Shown: one piece after another, positions 47,715 through 58,594 of the stretch
How positions within the stretch are numbered: position 1 is the first letter of the stretch
How the letters are laid out: each line of letters begins with the position of its first letter
DNA from: Macrostomum lignano
Taxonomy: Eukaryota
DNA: 64,000 bases
Reading direction: 5' to 3'
Assembly: GCA_002269645.1 (NCBI GenBank)
Contig: NIVC01002061.1
Location: forward strand, 1-64,000
Program-made: the position numbers and the translations under genes
The notes under the pieces: model-generated
Told to the model about the DNA's origin: nothing
Seen by the model: the letters and a program-made list of their open reading frames with translations, nothing else
Database searches by the model: none

Positions 47715-48225
47715 TAATGTCCGCAAAGCCTCTCTATCCGGCCCTCGGGTCCTTTGAAATTTCGTGATAGCAATTCGGCCCGCTTAAGGTTTGTGTCTGC
47801 TTATAATGACTGTGGGGCGCTACTAGAATGACTGTGGGGCGCTACTAGAATGATCCTGGGGCGCTACTAGAATGACTGTGGGGCGCTACTAGAATGACTC
47901 TGGGGCCGTATAGTCAATTAGTTGCGCCTAAAGCGCAACTGCGTCACTTTATGAATTAGAATCACATTTCGCATTTATAACAACTCTATTTAGTCTAACT
48001 TGGGTTAGTAGAGAGATAAGCGCTAACACAACGACTCTTGGATTTTTTTCTGACTCTGTCGCATCATTTGAGTCGTTAAATAGTCACAAGAGTCACTAGT
48101 GTTACTAGTGAGTAGTTTGCAATGACTCTTTAGCGATTGTTGTCACGGTAACATTTTCAACGGATCCTCTACTCCATCTCCTTTTCTCTAATATCACCCT
48201 GGAGTAAAAAGACTGCCGACCCCTG
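47715..48225. mobile_element. hAT-like non-autonomous element fragment containing a short 22-bp array (aatgactgtggggcgctactag, ~4 copies)
   Basis: Right end gccgacccctg (reverse complement CAGGGGTCGGC) and internal cggccc motifs are typical of hAT MITEs; left TIR and TSD not found. Confidence 0.4.
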
Positions 48226-48894
48226 TACTAAACGCTAGTAAAAAGTAGGTACTATGAAGTACATCTCCAGCAGCAGAAGAGCAAGGACTCACGCGTGTCG
48301 GCCATGCGGATCCCACTCCTCTCTTTCTCTCCCTAATTCTCCCATCAGGTCAGGGCACCGTCAGTCAGGCCGCCAGTGACCGCCAGAGTCTCCCCCTGCT
48401 CAGCGAACTCAGCCGGAGCCATCAGCCAGAGATCCGACATCAGACTTTCAAAAGACAATTATAATTTTATGTTTGCTTATCTACCAGGTCCGGCAAAACT
48501 TTTGAGCCAGGCCGGGTCGGGTCAGGCCTTACGTACCGCCGAGCGGCGCCCTCCGCCAGCGCTACAATTTCAACGCAAAATGAAAATGTTCTCTTATTAA
48601 AAATGTGCAAAAAGTAAAGTAACGCAATGTTGTCAACTGTTACGAGTAGCATAAAACCGTAAATTATAAGTTATGGTTTGATAATTTGAACGAAGACAAA
48701 GGGCTTTGACATGTAAATATCTTGTTTATCTGCTAGTTACAAGATGCTGCACTCATTACAATCCAGTCTGGGATTATAAACAATAAGGTGTCAGGGGTCT
48801 TTAGGTTTATGGCCAGGGGTGTTTCGGTCGGTGTCAGTCAGGGTCTTAATGAGGTTAAGAGTATGAGTCCCCCATTGCGGTGTAAAGAATTCTA

Positions 48895-49565
48895 CTGAGG
48901 TGTCAGGAGTCTTGTTGACGTGTCAGGAAGCTTGTTGAGGTGTCAGGAGTCTTGTTGAGGTGTCAGGAGGCTTGTTGAGGTTTCAGGGGTCTTGTTGAGG
49001 TGTCAGGGGTCTTGTTGAGGTGTCAGGAGTCTTGTTGAGGTGTCAGGAGTCTTGTTGAGGTGTCAGGAGTCTTGTTGAGGTGTCAGGAGGCTTGTTGAGG
49101 TTTCAGGGGTCTTGTTGAGGTGTCAGGAGTCTTTTTGAGGTGTCAGGAGTCTTGTTGAGGTGTCAGGAGGCTTGTTGAGGTTTCAGGGGTCTTGTTGAGG
49201 TGTTAGGGGTCTTGTTGAGGTGTCAGGGGTCTTGTTGAGGTGTCAGGAGTCTTGTTGAGGTGTCAGGAGTCTTTTTGAGGTGTCAGGAGTCTTGTTGAGG
49301 TGTCAGGAGTCTTTTTGAGGTGTCAGGAGTCTTGTTGAGGTGTCAGGAGTCTTGTTGAGGTGTCAGGGGTCTTTTTGAGGTGTCAGGGGTCTTGTTGAGG
49401 TGTCAGGGGTCTTTTTGAGGTGTCAGGGGTCTTGTTGAGGTGTCAGGAGTCTTGTTGACGTGTCAGGAGGCTGTTGAGGTGTCAGGAGTCTTGTTGAGGT
49501 GTCAGGAGGCTGTTGAGGTGTCAGGAGTCTTGTTGAGGTGTCAGGAGGCTGTTGGGTTGTCAGGA
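48895..49565. repeat. 20-bp minisatellite (gtgtcaggagtcttgttgag)
   Basis: Direct reading. Confidence 0.95.
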
Positions 49566-49949
49566 GACTAGTTGGTTGTCAGGAATCTCCATTTGCCCTG
49601 CGAGGGTGCCAGGAAATGACCATAACAACCAAGGACAAAATGCATTGGGTACGTCCTCTAGAAGATTTAAGCAGGAGCATTCTAGCTTTTTAGAAGTTCA
49701 ACCCTCCCACGCTAGGGACGCAGCCTAAGGCTTTGAAACCATAGTGATTGGCTACACTTGTACATATAAGAAAGACGACTATTGAGACAAAATACATAAT
49801 CAATTTAACGTATTTACTGAATAATAAAAGTACTAATACATCGCAATACTACTATTAGTAGCCAGTCTAAGTACACGGTGGAAAATCCCCTACAAACTCG
49901 CTCTATTAACATATGCCAGCATCAGGTGGCCGGCACAGAAATTGTCGGA

Positions 49950-51329
49950 CTAAGCGTCGGACAGCAGGCCGTCAGTCAGCGAGGCGTTGGACCGGGTGGA
50001 CGCCGGCGCCGATGTTGAGCCCGGTCGGCGAGACGGCGAAGGCGACGGCCGGTAGGAGGCGCGCAGGGCCTTGTCACCGAAGCTGGACGCCGGGGCAGCC
50101 GATCGCTTTAGCAGGCGCTTGGCAGCCGGGCTGAGTCCCATCGAGGCTGGCGAAGGCGATTTGCCACCAGCGGCCGCTGCCTTCGCTTTCGCGGCGTTGG
50201 CGTCGTTGACGGCCGCGTCGCGCTGCCTGGCGAGCCGGCGCTGACGGCCGAGCCGGTCGGCCAGCTGCACAGTCGGCATGGCCGGGATGCGGAAGTACGG
50301 CAGGCCTCCGCCGGACGGCGTGGCCGAGCCCGAAGACCCTGCTGCCGGGCTGGCGCCGTGCAGGCAAGCGGCGTCGTCTAGCCGACAAGGCGTCCCGTCG
50401 ATGTCGCCCCAAGTCATCAGCGGCGACTCGCCGACTCCGGGCGCCGGCGACGGCGTGGCCAGATAGGCGGCCGAGGCAGCCGCTGTCCGGCCGGGCGCGG
50501 CGCCGGTGCTCAGCTCGCGGCCGTCCGGCCCAATTCGGCCAGGGACGCCGGGACGACGAAAGACGCCGTCAAAACCTGTCGAAGGGTTGGAAGCGCCGAC
50601 AGTAAAAGCGGCGCCAGATGATGCTGTTGGCGCCTCTCCAGTTGGGCGCGAAAATGGCGCCTGTCGAAAGCGCGTATTGGCGTGCACAATCTGGCGCCGG
50701 GTCTCCGGCAGGGCGGCCAGCGCCCGGCCATCGTCAGCGTCGGCATCGTCAGGAGAGTACATGAGGGCGCTGCGCACCCGGTAGCCAGTCCACGAGTCCA
50801 GGCCGGCCGTGACGGCCTCCGAGCTTGACGCAGACGACGCCGCCGCTGTTGACGTCACAGCTGCGGCGATGGTAGACGACGCTGAAGACGCGGCAGTTGA
50901 TTCGGCCTCGTCAGCAGATTTGATTGCCTTCAAAGCATCGGCCTGCTGGTAGAACCAAGCGTATTTCACTCGCCTGCGGCGCTCAGATTCATCTAGCAGG
51001 GCCTGGAATGAGGCGTTGTCCTCGGAGGTGTTGCCGGTGAGGTAGGAGTCCAGGCCGACTGAGGGCGGCAGCTGCTGGTGCTGATGCTGCGAGGCTGAGC
51101 TGATGCTCTCTCCGGCAGCCGATGGAACCGGAGTCTGCAGCGGCGTAGCCATGGCAACGCTGGCGCTACCGGCGCTGGCCCGAGCATCCAAATAGCGTTG
51201 CTGGGCGCGTAGCTTAGGCAAATCGGGATAGAAATCCCGTTCGACAATGGCCTCAAGATCGGCTATGAAGTCTTCCTCGGCGTGCACTTTTAAACTGCGA
51301 GCCGAGCTGCCGCGCTTCTGTTCGGACAT
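49950..51329 (-). CDS. ESS2: ESS2/DGCR14 splicing factor homologue, intronless, 459 aa
   Basis: EEDFIADLEAIVERDFYPDL.KL, LD.YL...TSEDNASF..LL, SALMY.P, I.H.NTRF, PSPAPG..ESPLMTWG.I.GTP.RLD, F.IP are all Es2-family motifs. First true ATG at 51329. Confidence 0.93.
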   Translation of the reverse strand: MSEQKRGSSARSLKVHAEEDFIADLEAIVERDFYPDLPKLRAQQRYLDARASAGSASVAMATPLQTPVPSAAGESISSASQHQHQQLPPSVGLDSYLTGNTSEDNASFQALLDESERRRRVKYAWFYQQADALKAIKSADEAESTAASSASSTIAAAVTSTAAASSASSSEAVTAGLDSWTGYRVRSALMYSPDDADADDGRALAALPETRRQIVHANTRFRQAPFSRPTGEAPTASSGAAFTVGASNPSTGFDGVFRRPGVPGRIGPDGRELSTGAAPGRTAAASAAYLATPSPAPGVGESPLMTWGDIDGTPCRLDDAACLHGASPAAGSSGSATPSGGGLPYFRIPAMPTVQLADRLGRQRRLARQRDAAVNDANAAKAKAAAAGGKSPSPASMGLSPAAKRLLKRSAAPASSFGDKALRASYRPSPSPSRRPGSTSAPASTRSNASLTDGLLSDA

Positions 51330-51594
51330 CTGGCAGGACAAGCAACTGGTCAGAGGGCTGATCTGAAGTACGATTTAGTTTTACAAAATTCATTTAAATG
51401 TATTAGCAATTGGAAGAATATTAAAAACAAATACTCATAGTATTGTAATAAATCATATCTAAATCAGATTGATAACAAATTTAAGACGTTTTTTAAGAGA
51501 CTTGTCTATGCGTTTGGTGTCCCTGGTTAATTTAGGCGTCTCTGATTAGATTTGCATGTTTCTGGTTATTTTAGAGACATGATTACAAAGAGAG

Positions 51595-52815
51595 TATCTG
51601 ATGAGATTGGGGAGTCTTTGATGAGATTGGGGAGTCTCTGATGAGATTGGAGAGTATCTGATGAGATTGGGGAGTATCTGATGGGATTGGGGAGTCTCTG
51701 ATGAGATTGGGGAGTATCTGATGAGATTGGAGAGTCTCTGATGAGGTTGGGCTGATGAGATTGGAGATTATCTGATGAGATTGGGGAGTATCTGATGGGA
51801 TTGGAGAGTCTCTGATGAGATTGGAGAGTCTCTGATGAGATTGGAGAGTCTCTGATGAGATTGGAGAGTATCTGATGAGATGGGAGAGTCTCTGATGAGA
51901 TTGGAGAGTATCTGATGAGATTGGAGAGTATCTGATGAGATTGGAGAGTATCTGATGAGATTGGAGAGTCTCTGATGATATTGGGGAGTCTCTGATGATA
52001 TTGGGGAGTCTCTGATGATATTGGGGAGTCTCTGATGATATTGGGGAGTCTCTGATGAGATTGGAGAGTATCTGATGAGATTGGGGAGTATCTGATGAGA
52101 TTGGAGAGTATCTGATGAGATGGGAGAGTCTCTGATGAGATTGGAGAGTATCTGATGAGATTGTAGAATATCTGATGAGATTGGAGAGTATCTGATGAGA
52201 TTGGGGAGTCTCTGATGAGATTGGGGAGTCTCTGATGAGATTGGGGAGTCTCTGATGAGATTGGAGAGTCGCTGATGATATTGGAGAGTCTCTGATGATA
52301 TTGGGGAGTCTCTGATGATATTGGGGAGTCTCTGATGATATTGGGGAGTCTCTGATGATATTGGAGAGTCTCTGATGATATTGGGGAGTCTCTGATGATA
52401 TTGGGGAGTCTCTGATGAGATTGGAGAGTATCTGATGAGATGGGAGAGTATCTGATGAGATGGGAGAGTCTCTGATGATATTGGGGAGTCTCTGATGAGA
52501 TTGGAGAGTATCTGATGAGATGGGAGAGTATCTGATGAGATTGGAGAGTATCTGATGAGATGGGAGAGTATCTGATGAGATGGGAGAGTCTCTGATGATA
52601 TTGGGGAGTCTCTGATGAGATTGGAGTATCTGATGAGATGGGAGAGTCTCTGATGAGATTGGAGAGTATCTGATGAGATTGAAGAGTATCGATGAGATTG
52701 GAGAGTATCTGATGAGATGGGAGAGTCTCTGATGATATTGGGGAGTCTCTGATGATATTGGAGAGTCTGATGAGATTTGGTAGTCTACAATGAGATTGGA
52801 GAGTGTCTGATGAGA
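51595..52815. repeat. 20-bp minisatellite (gatgagattggagagtatct)
   Basis: Direct reading. Confidence 0.96.
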
Positions 52816-52916
52816 TTCCCACTAAAGACTGTGTCAACTCAGCAGTCTATTGAGCTATGAATCAATAGTTCATAAATATAAGCACAAGACTATGCTGTGT
52901 GTGATGGGAGCACAAG

Positions 52917-53625
52917 AATTTCCCACAGGAATTTTTCCCACCGAGCTTTCCCCGCACGAGATTTTCCGGCAGCAAGTTTTTCCCGCGACGAAAATTTGTC
53001 GCAGGAGCTTTCCACGCACGAGATTCTCCCGCAGCGATTTTTTACCGCAGCGAGAGTTTCCCGCAGGAAATTTCCCCCTCGAGATTTTCCTGCCAAGCTT
53101 TTACCATTGAGATTTTCCTGCCGAGCTTTTACCATTGAGATTTTCCTGCCGAGCTTTTACCATTAAGATTTTCCTGCCGAGCTTTTACCATTGAGATTTT
53201 CCTGCCGAGCTTTTACTGCCAAGATTTTCCCACACGAATTTTCCCTGCAGACTTTTTCCCAACAGAAAGATTTTCCCGCAAGAAATTTCTCGTGATTGCC
53301 TGTTTACCTTCCTACCTGTCTCTGTCTGTCTGCCTGGCTGGCTGGCTGCCTGTGTCGAATTTATCAAAGAAAATCGCGTCTCTGCTAATAGCTTTCCTTT
53401 TTATAATTTCTTTCCTAAGGTAAACAGGCAATCACGAGAAATTTCTCTTGGGAAAATCTTTTTGCCGGAAAAAGTCTGTGCAGGGAAAATTCATGCGGGA
53501 AAATCTCAGCGGTAAAAGCTTGGCAGGAAAATCTCAATGGGGAAATTTCCTGCGGGAAACTCTTGCTGCAGGAGAATCTCCTGCGGGGAAAGCTTGGTAG
53601 GGAAAATTCCTGCGGGAAATTTTCA
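52917..53625. mobile_element. Foldback element with repetitive arms (gagattttcccgc-type subunits) and ~105-bp spacer
   Basis: Inner arm ends ...tttctcgtgattgcctgtttacctt (53310) and aaggtaaacaggcaatcacgagaaa (53417) are exact reverse complements. Confidence 0.8.
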
Positions 53626-54628
53626 TAGACACGTGTGTGACCTTTATGGATTTTGCTATTTAGACCTATTGCCAATGCAAAGACTAGCCACCAAAGTGTT
53701 GATTTCTTGATTTTTAAGATTCTCTTGTCAACAATGAGCTCATATTTTTAGAAGCAATAGCTAGGAGCATATATATTAAAACTATATGGCTAGACCTTTA
53801 TTAATTCAATTTATATTTGGTATAAAAATATTTTATAAACCCAAATGAAATTATAACACAATAAGTCCTTTACCAATATTATTCCTAGAGAAAATATAAT
53901 ATACATGGATAACTTATTATTAAGCATATAAAAAAGCAAACAAACTTTGAACCTAGGCTTATAGTTGCATAAGAATACAAAAATATTTTTATTATTGTCT
54001 TAACTTTGTTTTTGATAAACTAATGAGTAACTTCTAGTTTATATATATTAAATTTTATGCTTTTTAAACTAGAGGATTTTAAGCTTGTTTATTAAGCATG
54101 TTATAGTTAAAGACTTAAAATCTAGGCTAACACTTAGGACTCTATAAGATTTATTATTATTAATTTTGCCTATTAGGCCTTTATGCTTTAGGGCCATAGT
54201 TAGGCCTAGAAATTATAGTTTTACTTTAAAAAGTTGTTCTTTCTATACTACAACTTATTACATATGCTCTATCAAATTTTTATGCTAATTTTAGGCTTTC
54301 TAGGACTATTCTTTATCTATCAATAATAATAAGAATAGCATTATTCCAACAAAAATAACCAAAATATATACTTTATATAATAAAAATACTTTTAAAGAAT
54401 AGTTATGCCTAAAATATATAAAGGGATTAAAGAAGAAAATTTAAGCCATTTTTACTATGAATAATATTTAACAAAGCTTATTGCTAAAATTTTATGTTTG
54501 TCTAGCCAGGCTAAACCTAATATGAAACTGAAGTTAGGCCCCTAGTTAGCAATTTAAAAAATATTTACAAGCCTATTTGGTTTAACATTTTATAGACCTT
54601 TTAGGCCTATATAGACCTACTATAAATT

Positions 54629-55163
54629 CTGGTTGTTTCGCTTCTAAAACATTTTGGCCATGGACATTTTGCCCTTAGACCATTTTGCCATAGTCTGTTT
54701 TGCCTATAAACCAGTTTGGCTATAGGCATTTTGGCCAAAATGGTGATTATGTATTTTAGAGATATAGCCATATATGTTTTTATTTTCTTTTTTCAATGTT
54801 ATTTTTTAGACTTATTGTAAAATAAAATATTATCTGAATTATTGCTACAACAATTGTGTCATTGCAATTTTGTTTATTACAACTGTGAATTATTACAAGT
54901 TTTTTTTTAAAAGTCATTCCATTTGAAAGTGTGACAATTAAAGCCAATTTGAACAATCAGATAAGAAAGGGTTTTGATTACAAGCAAGGTAGAGCTAGAA
55001 ATACTAAAAGAATAAGATTTGTCACCAAAATTGAGAATCAAAGCACAAAGTTTAAAACCATAAAGTTTAGAAATAGTCCATGGCCAAAACTATCTATGGG
55101 TGAAATGGTTTGTGGGTGAAATGGTCTGTGGGCAAAAAGGTTAATGGGCAAAACAACTGGTTA
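54629..55163. mobile_element. Old CpG-decayed MITE with subterminal repeats
   Basis: Left ctggttgtttcgc... versus reverse complement of right ccagttgttttgccc...; accattt(t/c)(g/a)ccc subunits at both ends. Confidence 0.55.
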
Positions 55164-55791
55164 CTACCTATTATTAGTCTAAATTAAAACTTTTTTGTTC
55201 ATTTTTTAAATGCAAAAGCCTTTTGGGCTTGGCTTTCTTTTTTATTAATGTCATAACTTTTAATAAGCCTTTGTTGTTAAAAAAAGATAATAGTTTTTTA
55301 TTTTCCCAATAAAAACTAGAATCATCTATATATATTTATAGTTTTGCTTTCCAAAAATTATTTTTTTTTCTAATATATATTTTATTTAATCCTAATTTAT
55401 ATTACAATAGGCCTATTATTATTAGCCCTTTAGGCCTAATTATTTTTTGGGAAAAGAAAGGTTTAGTTTTTAGTTTAGGCCTATCTTAACTAATGACTAG
55501 GCCTAGGCCCTATTTTATCAATCTATTTTCTTAGTTGGCTTTATAGCTTGCTTATTGTCTATATTTATATAATATAATTATATTCAAACCTAAGCTTAGC
55601 TATCAAAATTATAAATCTAGATCAAAATTTTCTAATTAGGTCTAGCCTATGACTTTAAATAAGTTTATAAAATAATATAAACAAAGCAATTGACTTAATA
55701 TAAAAAATAAGTCAGGCCTAACCAAAATAGGATAGAAACTACTGTGAAAGCCTAGTTACATCTATAGTATAGTATAGGCCTTAATTTAGGC

Positions 55792-56070
55792 CATATATGC
55801 ACAACTTCCAAAATTTGGTTAGGCCTAGCCATGCAACTTAGTTTTAACAAAAAATACATAGTTTTTGGCCAAAAATGACTTACATGTAAAAGAAACCTTA
55901 AAGCAAAATTGATGCAAACTTGGGTAAATGGCAGGAGTAACTATGACTATCTTATTAAAGAAAAATGCCTCATTATCTACTTAATACTACTTGGGTATTT
56001 ATTTGAGTGGGCATTTTTGCAACTTACCTTGGTTGGCTACCAAATTGGTTGGCCAGATTGGCCAACTTGG
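55792..56070. mobile_element. MITE family 2, old copy (CpG-free)
   Basis: Aligns end to end with the reverse complement of 10169-10464; left TIR catatatgcacaac; right end eroded. Confidence 0.85.
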
Positions 56071-58594
56071 CTCCTCCTATGTAGGTTTCTTATTATTAGG
56101 CCTGGGATAGTCTAGGTCTTCTCAGATTTCTATTGTTCATTGTTCCTTGAAGTTTCTTAGACATTGTATGTCATTTAAGGCCTACTATTGATCTCATTCC
56201 CATAAATACCATCAGTTTGGTAACTTTGACTAACTATAATATGGAGTTAAATTTGTGTTCAACTTCAGATTTTTACTTTATAGGTAAGAGGTAAGCCCTA
56301 GGCCTAGTAGTAGTCATACATGCCCAACACCTATCCAACCTATCTAAACCACAAAACCAGTCAACCAGACAGGTGAAATGGCTGCTGGCCAAGGTAAGTT
56401 ACAAAATCAAAAATGCAAAAAACAAAAAAATGGGGGAAGAAAGAAAGGAGAGAAAGAGAAAAGGATTAGGAAAAGAAAGGAGAGAAAAGAGAAAGGAGAA
56501 AAGAGGAAAAAGAAAGAGAAAGAAAAGAAAAAAGAAAAAATCAAGAAAAGTCATATATACAAAGTGAGGCAATCTTTTAGATTACTGCTCTAAATTATTT
56601 TAACCCTATTTTTTGAACTTTTCAGACTTCCAAGGCAACAAAAAAGAGTTTTAGAGGTTATAGAAGTTCAAGTTCAAGTTGAAGTTCAAGTTTGAGTTCG
56701 GACTACATGGGGTAAGGCCTAGTAGTGTGTAATCCAGTAGAGGATATTGCCAAATTGCCATTTGGGAAAAGCTCAACACCATGTCTAACATTAGTGCAAC
56801 CAATTCTCAGTGGGTGACTTCAATGTTGCATAGCAAGATGCTGTTGAAGACTTCAGCAATAGGCACGATAGATAGCGGCACTCTAGGTCAGCCAGCCATC
56901 CAGTCAATAGTTGAAAAGTTCGAATACAGGGTCAAAATAATTTAGAGCAGGAATCCAAAGGATTGCCCAAAGTGAAAATTAAGTTGCAATTAAGGGAACT
57001 AAGTCACAAATCTGGACAAAACAAAACTATGTTGCACTAAATAGGTAAAATTTTCTTTAATTTTGAGGTTGGGCATACAATAGGCCTATGCTAGTAATAG
57101 GCCTTTGGCTTCTAAAACAGCTTGTTTGTTCAGTACATAGAAACTCTAGATACAGTTAAGGTATTGTAATGTAAAATGTTGAATAATAGGCCCTTGGCCT
57201 TGGCTTTACAGTAGAGTCTATTATATTAGAATTGTTATTAAAATGACAATTACTAGAGTTCCAGCACTAGAACCTGTTTTATAACAGCTATGGATCTGGC
57301 AGTGCCATATAGAAGCATATAACAAGATTATTAAGATTATATTGAGGCCTACTTAAAAAGTCTAAACATTAGAAGTATCTTGTGTCATTTAAAATCTTAA
57401 GCTAGGCCCTATTATCTGTCTTTTTAGCCTAGCCTAGGCCTAGGCCTATCTAGAACAAAATCTCAATAAATATCCATCACTTGCAAAAAAATAAAATGTT
57501 CTTGCTATATTATAGGGCCTAATGGCACTGCTGGATTCATAGCTGTTAGCAAATGGGTTTCAGTGCCACAATTCTATCCAGTGTCTCTATCTGTAATCTG
57601 GCATGTATTTATAAAGCCTCTTCATATTGCCAGTTTGAAAAATGGAACCGGCTCCGAACTGGTTCGACGCTCTTTATATTGATGGTTCGAAAAACAGAAT
57701 CAGTTCCGAAACATGGTTCTGGTTCTAGAAATTTTCTTAAACCGTTTATACGTTTCTATAGGCTAGCGAGTTTATGCGACCTTGGAAATCATGTAGGCCC
57801 TACGAAAAGGACCTCAATGGCTAAGTGACAATTTTTTGTATGCTGTCGCAGATATGCTATTTTTGTGCTTCTTTACTTTTTGTTCGAAGCTCCTTATTTC
57901 ACACTGGTTCTCGTTCTAGAACTCGAATTTATTCTGGTTCTAGAACCGATTGCCGTGAAGAGGCTCATGGTTTCCAGTTCATTCGTCTTCCGACAGTTCG
58001 TCTGCTTTGTAGACGAAACGCCCTTTTCTTCTAAAACTGTTCGTCTGCCTGGTGGGGATGAGGAGTGGTATGGTATTTATTTATTATTAGTAGGGTATGG
58101 TATGGTATAGTCTGGAATGACTGATTTGTCGTTTCGTTTTCTGTACGTTTCGTGACTTGTAGATAATAAAATACATTTGAAAATGCGCGAATAAAAATAT
58201 TCACGGTATAATTAAGAATGTAACAACAAGTGACAAACAACAAGTTGTAATTGAACAGAGTAAGATTCAATTCACAACGAAAAATCAGAGTATAAAGTCA
58301 TTTAGGCACGTCCAGGGCCTCCCCAATAATTTTTGCGCACCCTCTCTTCCTCCCCTGTGAACCATGTGCCATCCGCGATGGCTTATTTGATGAGTCATCG
58401 AGATGGCTCGTGCTTATCGGCCACCCCACTCTCCCGCGCATTTAGCCCACCTCTTATATTGTTCGAATATATTCATGCGTGTGACAGTTTTATGACACCT
58501 ATATCTCCCCATATTATATTTATATTTGCAGACTTACTATGTATTTGCAGACTTATTAATTTATTTAATTATTTGCACCTCGGTGCAGATAATA

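Noticed and set aside
51566-52837. 423-aa ORF, and similar repeat-derived ORFs at 2320-2898, 5337-5888, 17185-17608, 41803-42336 and 42559-43272
   Set aside because: All lie wholly within minisatellites or polypurine tracts.
56373-56593. Lys/Arg/Glu-rich ORFs
   Set aside because: Products of a low-complexity A/G tract within the eroded AT-rich block.
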